From: Macrostomum lignano
Taxonomy: Eukaryota
DNA length: 64,000 nt
Direction: 5' to 3'
Assembly (NCBI GenBank): GCA_002269645.1
Contig: NIVC01000788.1
Coordinates: 186,001 to 250,000 of the forward strand
The position numbers and the translations under genes are program-made. Under the pieces are notes generated by a model that saw nothing but the letters and a program-made list of their open reading frames with translations, did no database searches and was not told where the DNA came from. Positions 1-13,664 of this stretch are shown here, piece after piece; the stretch's first letter is position 1; every line of letters begins with the position of its first letter.

Positions 1-336
1 GGCAGCTGCTTTTGTTTTTTCTTATTTTCGAAAAAAGCAGACGAGAGCAGAGAGAAAATGAAACATCGCCTTTGCTTTGAGGGGCGGCTCGAGGAGGCTT
101 GGGAATGGGTGGGATTTTTGAGGATCATTTTTTCTCTCTCAGTCTCTTCCCTTTCTGCGCCCCCTGTCGCTTCTGACGGCTACGCAGTGAAGGCCATCGG
201 CGTTTCCCTGCCGCGTCTTCCGGTAATTACAGCGTCTGCAGCCTCCTCCGCCCAGATGAAGCTCAAAACTGCTCCCATTCTAAATGTGGGAATGCTGCAG
301 TAATTCCTGATTATTAGACCCGATTTCCAGGCTGAG

Positions 337-1650
337 CACATGAGACTGAGACACATGAGACTGAGACACATGAGACTGAGACACATGAGACTGAGACACA
401 TGAGACTGAGACACATGAGACTGAGACACATAAGACACATGAGACTGAGACAAATGAGACTGAGACACATGAGACTGAGACAAATGAGACTGAGACAAAT
501 GAGACTGAGACACATGAGACTGAGACAAATGAGACTGAGACACATGAGACTGAGACAAATGAGACTGAGACACATGAGACTGAGACAAATGAGACTGAGA
601 CACATGAGACTGAGACACATGAGACTGAGACAAATGAGACTGAGACACATGAGACTGAGACACATGAGACTGAGACACATGAGACTGAGACACATGAGAC
701 TGAGACACATGAGACTGAGACACATGAGACTGAGACACATGAGACTGAGACACATGAGACACATGAGACACTTGAGACTGAGACACATGAGACTGAGACA
801 CATGAGACTGAGACACATAAGACACATGAGACTGAGACAAATGAGACTGAGACACATGAGACTGAGACAAATGAGACTGAGACACATGAGACTGAGACAC
901 ACACATGAGACTGAGACACATGAGACTGAGACACATGAGACTGAGACACATAAGACACATGAGACTGAGACAAATGAGACTGAGACACATGAGACTGAGA
1001 CAAATGAGACTGAGACACATGAGACTGAGACAAATGAGACTGAGACACATGAGACTGAGACACACGAGACACATGAGACACATGAGACTGAGACACACGA
1101 GACACATGAGACACATGAGACTGAGACACACGAGACACATGAGACACATGAGACTGAGACACATGAGACACATGAGACACTTGAGACTGAGACACATGAG
1201 ACACATGAGACACATGAGACTGAGACAAATGAGACTGAGACACACGAGACACATGAGACACATGAGACTGAGACACATGAGACACATGAGACACATGAGA
1301 CTGAGACACATGAGACACATGAGACACATGAGACTGAGACAAATGAGACTGAGACAAATGAGACTGAGACACACGAGACACATGAGACACATGAGACTGA
1401 GACACATGAGACACATGAGACACATGAGACTGAGACACATGAGACACATGAGACACATGAGACTAAGACAAATGAGACTGAGACACACGAGACACATGAG
1501 ACACATGAGACTGAGACACATGAGACACATGAGACACATGAGACACATGAGACTGAGACACATGAGACACATGAGACACATGAGACTGAGACAAATGAGA
1601 CTGAGACACACGAGACACATGAGACACAAGAGACTGAGACACATGAGACT
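337..1650. repeat. Minisatellite, 15-bp catgagactgagaca mixed with 9-bp catgagaca
   Basis: Visible tandem periodicity; source of the MRLRH/HETET/MCLSL ORFs. Confidence 0.97.
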
Positions 1651-1887
1651 GAAGATCTGTGGACTCTCCAATTCGAGAAATCCGTATTGAATTCCTAATT
1701 TTAGTCCCCCTGAAATGCTAGCTGTTTCAGCTGCGAAGCATATGCTAGTTAGTAAAAATGTATCAAAAAATTGTAAATCTGCTTCAGGCAAAACAGGCAA
1801 TCAGAAAGCAAAAGACGAAGAGCATTAATCAACTGCTTCCTTTCTTTCACTTCAAAGGCTTTTATATGCTCTTTATATAAATTTCAG

Positions 1888-2249
1888 ATGATAATCAGAT
1901 TGCAGATAATCAGATTACAGATAATCAGATTACAGATAAGCAGATTGCAGATAATCAGATTGCAGATAATCAGATTACAGATAATCAGATTGCAGATAAT
2001 CAGATTGCAGATAATCATATTGCAGATAATCAGATTGCAGATAATCAGATTACAGATAATCAGATTGCAGATAATCAGATTGCAGATAATCAGATTGCAG
2101 ATAATCAGATTGCAGATAATCAGATTGCAGATAATCAGATTACAGATAATCAGATTGCAGATAATCAGATTGCAGATAATCAGATTGCAGATAATCAGAT
2201 TGCAGATAATCAGATTGCAGATAATCAGATTGCAGATAATCAGATTGCA
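1888..2249. repeat. Minisatellite, 15-bp gataatcagattgca
   Basis: About 24 tandem units. Confidence 0.97.
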
Positions 2250-2282
2250 ATTTCACTGACTGCTAACAATAAAAATGCTCAC

Positions 2283-2408
2283 AGCAAGCACTTCAGGCGA
2301 AAGCTGGCTCCGTGCCTCCTTTCCAGACTTCTTCTTGTAGTTCTCCTTGCCGCCGCGCCGTTCACCGCCGGCTCCGGATGACGCGTACATTGCCTCTGGC
2401 CGCCCGCA
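2283..2408 (-). other. Candidate exon (126 nt) of an unassigned gene
   Basis: GC-rich island between arrays, with acceptor ccctctccccacgcag and donor GCT|gtgagc. Two frames are open and I recognise no homology. A plus-strand acceptor also exists, so the strand is ambiguous. Confidence 0.3.
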
Positions 2409-2474
2409 CTGCGTGGGGAGAGGGCGGGGCTCTCAGCATTCAGTCAATTCGAGCTCATTCTAAATTCTTGGAAA

Positions 2475-3110
2475 TTTTTCATTCGCTATTCTCATTCCTC
2501 AACACTCATAGCTATTCTCATTCCTCAACACTCATAGCTATTCTCATTCCTCAACACTCATGGCTATTCTCATTCCTCAACACTCATGGCTATTCTCATT
2601 CCTCAACACTCATAGCTATTCTCATTCCTCAACACTCATGGCTATTCTCATTCCTCAACACTCATGGCTATTCTCATTCCTCAACACTCATAGCTATTCT
2701 CATTCCTCAACACTCATAGCTATTCTCATTCCTCAACACTCATAGCTATTCTCATTCCTCAACACTCATAGCTATTCTCATTCCCCTATTATCATTCCCC
2801 CATTCTCATTCCCCCATTCTCATTCCCCCATTCTTATCCCCCTACTCTCGTTCCCTTACCCTCATTCCCCTACTCTCATTCCCCTACTCTTATTCCCCAC
2901 TCTCATTTCCCTACTCTCATTCCCCTACTCTCATTCCCCTACTCTTATTCCCCACTCTCATTTCCCTACTCTCATTCCCCACTCTCATTTCCCTACTCTC
3001 ATTCCCCTACTCTCATTCCCCTACTCTCATTACCCTACTCTCATTCCCCACTCTAATTCCCACTCTCATTCCCCTATTCTCATTCCCTATTCTTATTCCC
3101 TATTCTAATT
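2475..3110. repeat. 26-bp array (tattctcattcctcaacactcatagc) grading into a 14-bp ctactctcattccc array
   Basis: Tandem periodicity. Confidence 0.95.
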
Positions 3111-3404
3111 GGCTTAATGCTTCTAAAAGTTATCAATATAATTATTGATTCTAATTCCCATTCTGATTCCCCGACTCTCATCCCGCAAAGCCGCAAGCTC
3201 CCAAGTGCCTCTCGCAAGCCTAAAAAAGCCTCACTTTAGCATTTCTAATACTCTCCATCCGAAAAAAGCTTTAATTTGGGATTGCCAAAATTTTCTGTTT
3301 TCACGCGGCGCAGGGCTCATTAGAATCTCCCGGGTTTCTGGGACGCTGCAGGGCTGGTGCCTGTGTTGACTAAATAGCAGAGGTTTCGGCACTAAATGCG
3401 AAGA

Positions 3405-3418
3405 GAAGAGAGCAGAGG

Positions 3419-3483
<65 letters not shown>
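3405..3483. repeat. (GA)n microsatellite
   Basis: Seen directly. Confidence 0.97.
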
Positions 3484-3485
<2 letters not shown>

Positions 3486-3941
3486 GGCTTGCGTTCAGCG
3501 CTCTGCCGGACCAATCGATTCAGCTGGCAGCTGCAGACGACAGAGGAGAGAGAGGGAGGGAATAAACTGCGAGGTATACAGAGGAAGTAGTAGGGTGGGG
3601 GTTTGCGGCATTGAGTGAGAATTGGGATCAGTCTGAGCTTAATCAAGTCAGTGGGGGTTTTATAGCCACTAGCAGACACGAATTCCCTCGGTGATATGAG
3701 TGCCCGGTTTTTCGAGATGGGATGCTATTTGTTCTTCTTTAGTTTTAAAAGGGGAAAACCCAGTTACTCGCATAAAAAAGCAGAAGTAAGAGCGATCGTA
3801 TGAAATATTTCATCATCGTCAGGGATTCTGCTTCAAGGGGATTTGATATAATTCCCGTAATTATTCCCACTTCATGCTGTCAAGCGACCTGTTGCGGCAA
3901 TTCCAGCAGCCAGTGCAGGAGGTGCCCCTTGTCGACTGCTT

Positions 3942-4215
3942 GATGTTGTTGTTGTTGTTGTTGTTGTTGTTTTTGTTGTTGTTGTTGTCATTGTAGTTTT
4001 TGTCGTTGTTGTTATTGGTGTTGTTATTGTTATTGTTTTGTTGTTGCTTTTGTTGTTATTGTTATTTTTGTTGTTATTATTGTTGTTGTTATTGTTGTTG
4101 TTATTGTTGTTGTTATTGTTGTTGTTATTGTTGCTGTTTTTGTTGTTGTCGTCGCTGTTGTCGTTGTTGTTGTCGCTTTTGTTGTTGCTTTTGTTGTTGT
4201 TTTTGTTGTTGCTGT
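3942..4215. repeat. Degenerate (TTG)n microsatellite
   Basis: Seen directly. Confidence 0.97.
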
Positions 4216-4754
4216 TCCAGTGTTCCAGGGTGTAAAAAAGCGTGAATCAGTCAATCCTCGGACAAACACTGCGACGCGAACCAACGTCAGCTTAAGAGCG
4301 GGCTTTGCCCTAATTGATGCCGAGAGCCCAGCAAAAATCTCTATTCTTTTTAAAGAGGAAAAGGCATGGAGACTAAAAGAAGCCCAATAGCAGATATTGT
4401 GGGTATTAGAAAGCAAAAATAAAATTATTGATATGATGCGCCATTGCGCAGGTGCAATTGACTGCGGCAATTAGCGAAGGAGTTACCTGAGAGGGAAGGC
4501 TGTGAGGGAGGCCAGAGATGATGCGGCTGTCTGGACTTTCAACCTCCGGCACCGCCCGTGAGCGACATGCGATACGTGCTGGGGAGGGCGGCGCCACTTT
4601 CTAGCCGGTCAACAGTTCGGAGGGGGGGTTGCTTGGGGGAGGGAGACGGCTGGGCAAATGCAAGTGCTTGCAGCTTTAGTATCTTTTCTTGGGGCGGGAG
4701 CCTTGTACTATTGCTGTGGCCTTGCCGTCTGTCACTGTTCAGTGTCTCCCACCT

Positions 4755-5245
4755 ACTATCTACCTCTCCTATCTACTGTGTACTTCTCCCATTACTGTCT
4801 ACCTCTCCTATCTACTGTCTACCTCTCCTATCTACTGTCTACCTCTCATATCTACATGTACCGTCTACTTTTCCTATCTACCGTCCACCTCTCCCATCTA
4901 CCGTCTACCTCTCCTATCTACCCTCTACATCTCTATCTACCGTCTACCTCTCCTATCTACCGTCTACTTCTCTATCTACCGTCTACCTCTCCTATCTACC
5001 GTCTACTTATCTATCTACCGTCTACCTCTCCTATCTACCCTCTACATCTCTATCTACCGTCTACCTCTCCTATCTACCGTCTACTTCTCTATCTACCGTC
5101 TACCTCTCCTATCTACCGTCTACTTATCTATCTACCGTCTACCTCTCCTATCTACCATCTACCTCTCCTATCTACCATCTACCTCTCCTATCTACCATCT
5201 ACCTCTCCTATCTACTGTCTAGGTTTCCTATCTACCGTCTATCTC
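4755..5245. repeat. Minisatellite, about 20-bp cctatctaccgtctacctct
   Basis: Tandem periodicity. Confidence 0.95.
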
Positions 5246-5984
5246 CCAGATGAGAAACTCATATCTGGCTAATGCAACTCGGATTAGCATTCATCCTATC
5301 CACTTCTTAAATATTTTCCAGTATCGATTTTGTTCAATAATCAATCAGCTGACCTGAAATGCACTCACGGCACCATCACTCCCGAAATCTCTTATAAACT
5401 CCAGTTTCAGAAAGGCTTAGCTTTTAAATTAATTAGGCCAACAGATTTTGAGTAAAACTGCACTGGACTACCTAATTAACCTCATACAGTTCCAATGTCT
5501 TGGCGTGGCCATAAAAATTATTTAAGAAACAGCAAAGCATCAAGCGCATCAACTGTGTTGTCTTTTCATCATCAAGAACGGATGAGGAAGAGAGAGAGGC
5601 TGGATGGCCGGATAGGCGTGAGAGAAAGTCATTCCTTAATCCTAGCCAACTGAGGTAAACACTGTCCTTCATCTGGTGCCCCAGTGTTGACTCAATATCG
5701 AGCGGCTCCCTGGCCCCACTTTGCGACACCGATGTGGAGTCATCTGAGTGCCGAAGTCCACAGCTCTGCCTTCTGCATCGAGGGAAGCTTTGATACTTGA
5801 GCGGCCCAGGCCTTGAGTCCCAACACAGCAAGCTACCAGAAATTTTTGCTGCGAGCAATCGAATACACAAATTACGAGCGGTATTTTTTTGAAAACCAAC
5901 TTCGTGGTTTTTAAAAGAAATGTTGAGATGTTCATACTATTTGAGACCTGGATACAACAAGGCTGAATGTTATCTTGTTAGAGA

Positions 5985-6297
5985 CAGGGGGTTGTGTGCA
6001 CCCTGGTGCACTTTAAGCGACATAGGCACACAACCGGCGAGAGGCATTGCTGCCCATTCCGCCGACTCCCCTGAGCAGGCATACAAGCGCGCGGATACGT
6101 ACGCAGGCACACAGGAGTGTACAGCGGCCCTAACAGTATTTATCTTTAGGCATGTACACTTCACTGCGCCCTGGGGGTTGGCCCTCCAGGGTGTTAATTG
6201 CCCGAGCAGAGCCAAGCCGAGATTCCAATTTCTGGACTTGGAATCGAGCCTGGGCCGCTGGCATATCAGAGCGCTAAGCCAAATCACTGAGCTGGCG
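5985..6297 (-). mobile_element. tRNA-derived SINE family A, copy 1
   Basis: About 300 bp shared with 15878, 36365 and 57658. The head has A-box-like AGCTCAGTGATTTGG and B-box-like GGCTCGATTCC. Confidence 0.75.
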
Positions 6298-7316
6298 GTA
6301 ATCAAAGCAATGATAGCGAAAGAAGGCAAAAGAACTTCCCGTATGCTCTCGCAGATCGTGTCAATTTCACAGGCCGATTTTCTATAGAAACTGCAACTCG
6401 CAGCAAAATTAAATGATCATTTATAAAATAGCTCGTCTGATTTGCTTCTCGAAGCCATTTCTATTTGGTTCGCCCAGAATCAATCCCAAGATTCAAATTA
6501 AATGCCCACTTTTTCACTGCACTCCAATTAGTCTAAACCTTCTGATGCCTTCGGTGACATCATCCCACACACCCATACAGCGGCTTATTTAAGGATAAAC
6601 ATCTGATCTGCTTCCAACAAAAAAGCAATCTGAAGTAGTTTGTTGTTGAGCAACTTTTCTAGAAAATCAAGTCTCCCGCAATTGGTACATTAAAGATTCA
6701 GATTTTAACAGGGTAAACTGGATGAGGGCAGAGGATCCAGCTGATAGGCAAGGCTCTTCTTGGTTACCCAATGGCTCAGGTGAATTGACAAGCCATTAGC
6801 GAGCCGACTGCAAACGGACTGCAAACTGCAAACAATCAGAGCTGCACTTTCCCTTGCGCGGAATTTCAAAATCGGGTGAAAAGCCGCCGTTACAGCTTAG
6901 AAATCCCCGCCAAGTTCCCTCCATCCCGCAGCAGCTCCGCGTCTCTCACCTGTGTGGGAAAATGAGGAACAGGGACCACGCACGTCATTCAGCCGAAGGG
7001 GATTGGGAAGGACTGGCGGACCAGGGGAAGCGGGATGGAGCCTCTACCTTCTACCGGCCCTTCGCTTTTCCCAGCAGAAGTTGATTCCCGTGTGGGGAGA
7101 AAAAAGATTCAAATTCGAACCTTAAAGAGCGGACCAGTTGGCCAGTTCGAGAACGGCTCCGTCATTTTACCCCCCCCTTCCCAAGGGGATTCCAGCAGCA
7201 GCACGCGCTGCAATTCTGCACTAGATGAAGCGCTTTCTGAAAATAATCCCTTCTCTGGGTTCTGCGCTGTTGTTTCAACTACTATAAGTATGAATACAAA
7301 TGAACGAAGCACTCAC

Positions 7317-7407
7317 CGGTTTGCTATGTGTGTACTCAACTGCACAGTTCTACTTTGTGATCAGCGGCTCACAATAGCACAGCTTCTATAGGCAAAGCTG
7401 CTGCCTC
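7317..7407 (-). other. Candidate non-coding exon of an unassigned transcript
   Basis: Acceptor gtctctttaacag and donor CCG|gtgagt. All three frames contain stops. Confidence 0.35.
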
Positions 7408-7752
7408 CTGTTAAAGAGACACAAGCCAAGCAGTTGTATTGGCGGGGGGCGGCAAGGGAGAGGAGCTCTGTTAGCCCCCTCCCCCCGGGGTGTCTTCGAC
7501 CCAACCTGACCCAGTCGCTGGGTAGCTCGACTCTGATTGGCTGGTGAAACTGCTGAGTGCATTCAACTAATCCTATTGTCTTTTGCCTGGCCCACCAGTC
7601 AGCATTATTGCCGGTTTGTTCACTAGCGAAGGCTGGTGTGCCATTACACTATTGCAGATCTACTTGTGTGCTAACGAACAGTCTGAACTGGGTTTAGGCT
7701 GCCTAACATTGGAGGTCAGGCTGAACCAGACTGCGATTGAGTGTCAGGGCTG

Positions 7753-8118
7753 GCTGACAGTTTGTATGTCAGCCTGTATCAGAACTGCTGACAGGGTGTA
7801 TGTCAGCCTGTATCAGGGCTGCTGACAGGGTGTATGTCAGCCTGTATCAGGACTGCTGACAGGGTGTATGTCAGGCTGTATCAGGGCTGCTGACAGGGTG
7901 TATGTCAGGCTGTATCAGGGCTGCTGACAGGGTGTATGTCAGCCTGTATCAGGACTGCTGACAGGGTGTATGTCAGGCTGTATCAGGGCTGCTGACAGGG
8001 TGTATGTCAGCCTGTATCAGGGCTGCTGACAGGGTGTATGTCAGCCTGTATCAGGGCTGCTTATAGGGTGTATGTCAGGCTGTATCAGGGCTGCTTACAG
8101 GGTGTATGTCAGGCTGTA
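7753..8118. repeat. 34-bp array with an internal inverted repeat (gctgaca-gggtgta-tgtcagc)
   Basis: Units recur at 7754, 7788 and onward. Confidence 0.95.
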
Positions 8119-9032
8119 CAATGCTGTAATTCTAGAAAATTTGGCAGAGTTTAACTCGCAGGCTTGAGAGAAACCTCAGACAGTATCATACGACAGATCA
8201 GAATCGATAATTTGTATTGACCAGGCTGCTCACAACTCAGTTTTCCACAGCCACTCTGTGTCCCCGCGCCTGTTGGATCTTGCAGTGCAGCAGACGGTCT
8301 GGCAGACAACTGCAGAAGGGTGCGAAGCAGTCCAGTCTATTTCTATTATAGAACTGATTGATTAATTCTTTGGAAGTGGATGGAGTGCAAGGGCTGAGGG
8401 GGTGAAAGGGGGCGGATGTGGAGGTAAAGTTTGTTTCCATTAGCTAAACTGCGATTTAGCCATGCAGTAGTGCAAACTGCCTGCTCCTGACTTCCCCACT
8501 GGCTGGGGTAGGTTGAGCAAAACATTCAAGCAGAATCAACCCGTAATCATAGGGCCCGGCAGTGAGGGCAGGGCCTACCTAGCTGCTAGGCTGAAGCCAT
8601 GCAGATATTCTCGCTATGTTTTGATAAGCAGCAAATATGTGGATGGCAAATAGCTTGCATTGAATAATTCAGTCGCCTTCCATCATAAAAAAAGAAGTGG
8701 CGCTGTGTGTTGTAGCGTTTCCAGCTCGGCTGCAAAATCTGCTACTTCACTGATCCTTCTTGACTTCCCCTCTCTTGGTAGTCTGGCATCAAATAAGGCT
8801 GCTTTTAGGGGCAGGCCGCTGAATTATTGAGCAGCCGTTCTTTGCACAGCTTACCTGGTTTAGCAGATTAGTTAGTTACTGTGCTCGATTAATTAATTCC
8901 CCAGCGGGTTAATCAAGTTTGCCATATTAGAATTTGGGGGCTTTGTAGCTCGTAGGCACCGACTGTGCGCTCCATCTGCAGATCTGCGAAGTCACCAAGT
9001 GCTGAATTGCGTGGCTGTGTGGAGGGACTTCC

Positions 9033-9815
9033 TGTTAGACACTTGCGTCCTGTTAGACAATTGCGTCCTGTTAGACAATTGCATCATGTTAGAGACTTGC
9101 ATCTTGTTAGAGACTTGCATCCTGTTAGACACTTGCATCCTGTTAGAGACTTGCATCTTGTTAGACACTTGCATCTTGTTAGACACTTGCATCCTGTTAG
9201 ACAATTGCATCCTGTTAGACAATTGCGTCCTGTTAGACACTTGCATCCTGTTAGAGACTTGCATCTTGTTAGACACTTGCATCCTGTTAGACAATTGCAT
9301 CCTGTTAGACAATTGCGTCCTGTTAGACACTTGCATCTTGTTAGACACTTGCATCCTGTTAGACAATTGCATTCTGTTAGAGACTTGCATCTTGTTAGAC
9401 ACTTGCATCTTGTTAGACACTTGCATCCTGTTAGACAATTGCATCCTGTTAGACAATTGCGTCCTGTTAGACACTTGCATCCTGTTAGAGACTTGCATCT
9501 TGTTAGAGACTTGCATCCTGTTAGACACTTGCATCCTGTTAGAGACTTGCATCTTGTTAGAGACTTGCATCCTGTTAGACACTTGCATCCTGTTAGAGAC
9601 TTGCATCTTGTTAAAGACTTGCATCCTGTTAGACACTTGCATCCTGTTAGACACTTGCATCCTGTTAGAGACTTGCATCCTGTTAGAGACTTGCGTCCTG
9701 TTAGACACTTGCATCCTGTTAGACAATGTGCATTCTGTTAGACAATGTGCATTATGTTAGACAATGTGCATTATGTTAGACAATGGCATCCTGTTAGATA
9801 AACGTATCCTGTTAG
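9033..9815. repeat. Minisatellite, 18-bp gttagacacttgcatcct
   Basis: Tandem periodicity. Confidence 0.97.
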
Positions 9816-10214
9816 ATCACAATGTTTCAATTAGAGCAGAGCTGTTCAATATCGCGTACTTTTATTAAGTCGGAAAATCACAGCGGTGTGAAACCAGTTC
9901 AGCGCTCAGTTAGCTGGAAAGAGACTGAACGAAACCCTAGAACTGGAATTTGAGCAGCTGGATTATTTGCTCAACTAATAGGAAGTCAAAGTAAACTCAA
10001 GCACAGATTGAGAGCAGCTTTCTCCTTTTGCGACTGCCTCAGTTGTGGCCAACATCGTCGAAAAATTTGTTTTTCAATGATATTATCGTATTCAAAAAAT
10101 AGGGTGCCTACTTTTAGTAGGCTGCTCCGAATTTTTAGTATTTAAATATAGATTTTAATCAATTGAGACGCAAAAATCTTAAACAGATTCTCCGAACTCT
10201 TTTGTGAAGAGTTT

Positions 10215-11200
10215 AGTTTGTGAAGTATCCAGTTTGTGAAGTGTCCAGTTTGTGAAGTGTCCAGTTTGTGAAGTGTCCAGTTTGTGAAGTGTCCAGTTTG
10301 TGAAGTGTCCAGTTTGTGAAGAGTCCAGTTTGTGAAGTGTCCAGTTTGTGAAGTGTCCAGTTTGTGAAGTGTCCAGTTTGTGAAGTGTCCAGTTTGTGAA
10401 GTGTCCAGTTTGTGAAGTATCCAGTTTGTGAAGTGTCCAGTTTGTGAAGTGTCCAGTTTGTGAAGTGTCCAGTTTGTGAAGTATCCAGTTTGTGAAGTGT
10501 CCAGTTTGTGAAGTGTCCAGTTTGTGAAGTGTCCAGTTTGTGAAGTGTCCAGTTTGTGAAGAGTCCAGTTTGTGAAGTGTCCAGTTTGTGAAGTGTCCAG
10601 TTTGTGAAGTATCCAGTTTGTGAAGTGAACAGTTTGTGAAGTGTCCAGTTTGTGAAGTGTCCAGTTTGTGAAGTGTCCAGTTTGTGAAGTGTCCAGTTTG
10701 TGAAGTGTCCAGTTTGTGAAGTGAACAGTTTGTGAAGTGTCCAGTTTGTGAAGTGTCCAGTTTGTGAAGTGTCCAGTTTGTGAAGTGAACAGTTTGTGAA
10801 GTGTCCAGTTTGTGAAGTGTCCAGTTTGTGAAGTGTCCAGTTTGTGAAGTGTCCAGTTTGTGAAGTGTCCAGTTTGTGAAGTGTCCAGTTTGTGAAGTGT
10901 CCAGTTTGTGAAGTGTCCAGTTTGTGAAGTGTCCAGTTTGTGAAGTGAACAGTTTGTGAAGTGTCCAGTTTGTGAAGTGTCCAGTTTGTGAATTGTCCAA
11001 TTTGTGAAGTGTCCAATTTGTGAAGTGTCCAGTTTGTGAAGTGTCCAGTTTGTGAAGTGTCCAGTTTGTGAAGTTTCCAGTTTGTGAAGTGTCCAGTTTG
11101 TGAAGTGTCCAGTTTGTGAAGTGTCCAGTTTGTGAAGTGCCCAGTTTGTGAAGTGTCCAGTTTGTGAAGTGTCCAGTTTGTGAAGTGTCCAGTTTGTGAA
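10215..11200. repeat. Minisatellite, 16-bp tttgtgaagtgtccag
   Basis: About 60 highly homogeneous units. Confidence 0.97.
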
Positions 11201-11844
11201 AGCGCCGCTTCCTTCTTACAGAACCGGATTCAAACCCGGGAGCCTTCGATACAAAGTTATATGAGAAATTGAAACGACGCTCTGAGGGGCGGGAAAAATG
11301 ACTGGCTCGAATCCAGCTGAACCTGAATAAAATCGTGTTCTATTCGGTTTTAGAACCTCGGAGACACCGGATGCTTGTTGCGCTTTCATAATGAAGCTTT
11401 CAAGTCGCGCACAGATGACAATAATTTCTGACTGAGTATTTAATTACAAAAAGCAGAGTTTAATGACGCACGATGCCAGACTGAGTTTTTTCTTGATTTC
11501 AGAGACAAAAAACCGAGAGAGACTGTATAAAAAAATTTGCGCCCAAGCAAAAACCAACGATTTCCTAGGTAACATTAAAGAACGCAGCAAGGTAATTAAT
11601 TAGTAAAATAAAGTTAACAGTGAACTCTTGCATTCGATGTTTACTGGAGAGATTCTTTAGCGACAGTCCTGTTTGGAAACAGGTCGCTAGCGAGCATGGT
11701 CGTTCCAAACTTTTTCATCCGGCATCCGGCATGCTCACAACTTAGCTAGTCATGTGCTCAGGGCGCTGTCTGAAGACCAACTAGCTGTTTAAGCTCGAGG
11801 GTTTGAGATTGGCACCTGCTTTAACAGTACTCAAGGCTGCCATA

Positions 11845-12966
11845 TCACAGCTGCCGCCTCCGACCGCTGCAAGTCAACAGGCGCTTGAATGCCTTTCTGA
11901 AGTCCCGGTTGAACACCGTGTAGATGACGGGGTTCAGCGCGCTGTTGCAGTAGCCCAGCCAGAAGAAGAAGTCGAACAGCAGGTGCGGCACGCAGCCGCA
12001 GAAAGTGTCGGCCAGGTAGGTGGAGAAAAACGGCAGCCAGCAGGCGACGAAGGCGCCAACGATGAGGCCGACGATCACCGTGGCCCGGCGCTCCTTGCTG
12101 CGCGCCATCTTGCGCTGCTTCCGCATCGCCCGCCGCAGCTCCCGGTCGCCGCTGGCCTCTTCGCCAGCGGTCGGCGCCGCCTCGCCGTCCAGCGTCCTCA
12201 GCGGCAGTTCGCAGCGGGGTGCCGACTGATCGACGCCGATGTCGCCTCCTCCGCCGCCGACGCCGCCACCGCCGGCTCCTCGCTGGTGTCCCCGACGTCG
12301 CTGGGCCCGCCGCCTGGCCACCAGGAAGATGCGCAGGTAGACAATGAGCATGATGAGCATGGGGATGTAGAAGCTGGCGATGCTGGAGTACAGCACGTAG
12401 CCGGGGTCGCTGGTCAGCTCGCAGGTGGCCGCGCTGGCCTGCGGCTTCCGCCAGCCGAGCAGCGGCGGCAGGCAGACCATGGCGGACAGCAGCCACACCG
12501 TTGCCATCATGCCAGCTGCTCGACGCTTCGTCCGGCTCTGCGGGTACGTCAGCGCCTGCGAGACGCTCCAGTAGCGGTCCAGACTGATGAGGCACAGGTG
12601 GGTGATGCTGGAGGTGCACATCAACACGTCGATGGCCAGCCAGAGCTCGCACCAGCGCCGCCCGAACACCCAGGCGTTGAGCAGCTGGTTGGACAGCGAG
12701 AACGGCATCACCAGCAGGCCCAGGAGGAGGTCGGCAAAGGCCAGGGACGCCAGGAACCAGTTCTGCACCCCGCTGACCTTCTTGTCCAGCCAGATTGCTA
12801 GTATGACCAGCAGGTTGCCAAGGACTACTAGGACCCAGACTGCGGCGATGGCCAGGGCGATAGCCGCGGCCGCCGGCACCGGGTACTTCAGGCAGGGCGG
12901 CGAGGCGGCATCAGCTGGCGTGGCGTTGGAAGCTCGCGAGAGTTGAGTGGCGTTGCAGCTGCCCAT
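11845..12966 (-). CDS. Class A aminergic GPCR, alpha2-adrenergic/Oct-alpha2-like, single coding exon, 373 aa
   Basis: Seven hydrophobic segments. Motifs include GNxxV, LAxAD, D3.32 (IDVLMCTSS), DRYWSV, TM5 SSIASF, CWLPFFSTY, FFFWLGYCNSALNPVIYTVFNRDFRKAF. N-terminal NAT glycosylation sequons and a C-terminal Cys are present. Confidence 0.93.
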   Translation of the reverse strand: MGSCNATQLSRASNATPADAASPPCLKYPVPAAAAIALAIAAVWVLVVLGNLLVILAIWLDKKVSGVQNWFLASLAFADLLLGLLVMPFSLSNQLLNAWVFGRRWCELWLAIDVLMCTSSITHLCLISLDRYWSVSQALTYPQSRTKRRAAGMMATVWLLSAMVCLPPLLGWRKPQASAATCELTSDPGYVLYSSIASFYIPMLIMLIVYLRIFLVARRRAQRRRGHQRGAGGGGVGGGGGDIGVDQSAPRCELPLRTLDGEAAPTAGEEASGDRELRRAMRKQRKMARSKERRATVIVGLIVGAFVACWLPFFSTYLADTFCGCVPHLLFDFFFWLGYCNSALNPVIYTVFNRDFRKAFKRLLTCSGRRRQL

Positions 12967-13011
12967 CTGGATGCCGCCTGGAGGCTGGGGTTGTTTGCGG
13001 AAGACTGAGAA

Positions 13012-13664
<653 letters not shown>

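Noticed and set aside
180-1800. Long ORFs of 240-506 aa (MCLSL, VSQSH, HETET, MRLRH repeats)
   Set aside because: Translations of a stop-free 15/9-bp minisatellite, open in several frames on both strands, with no codon or domain signal.
7753-8118. CRISPR-like palindromic repeats (also the 30-, 65- and 69-bp arrays)
   Set aside because: No unique spacers, no cas genes, and a eukaryotic intron context.
11803-12946. 332-, 273- and 119-aa ORFs overlapping the GPCR
   Set aside because: Shadow frames of a GC3-rich coding sequence.
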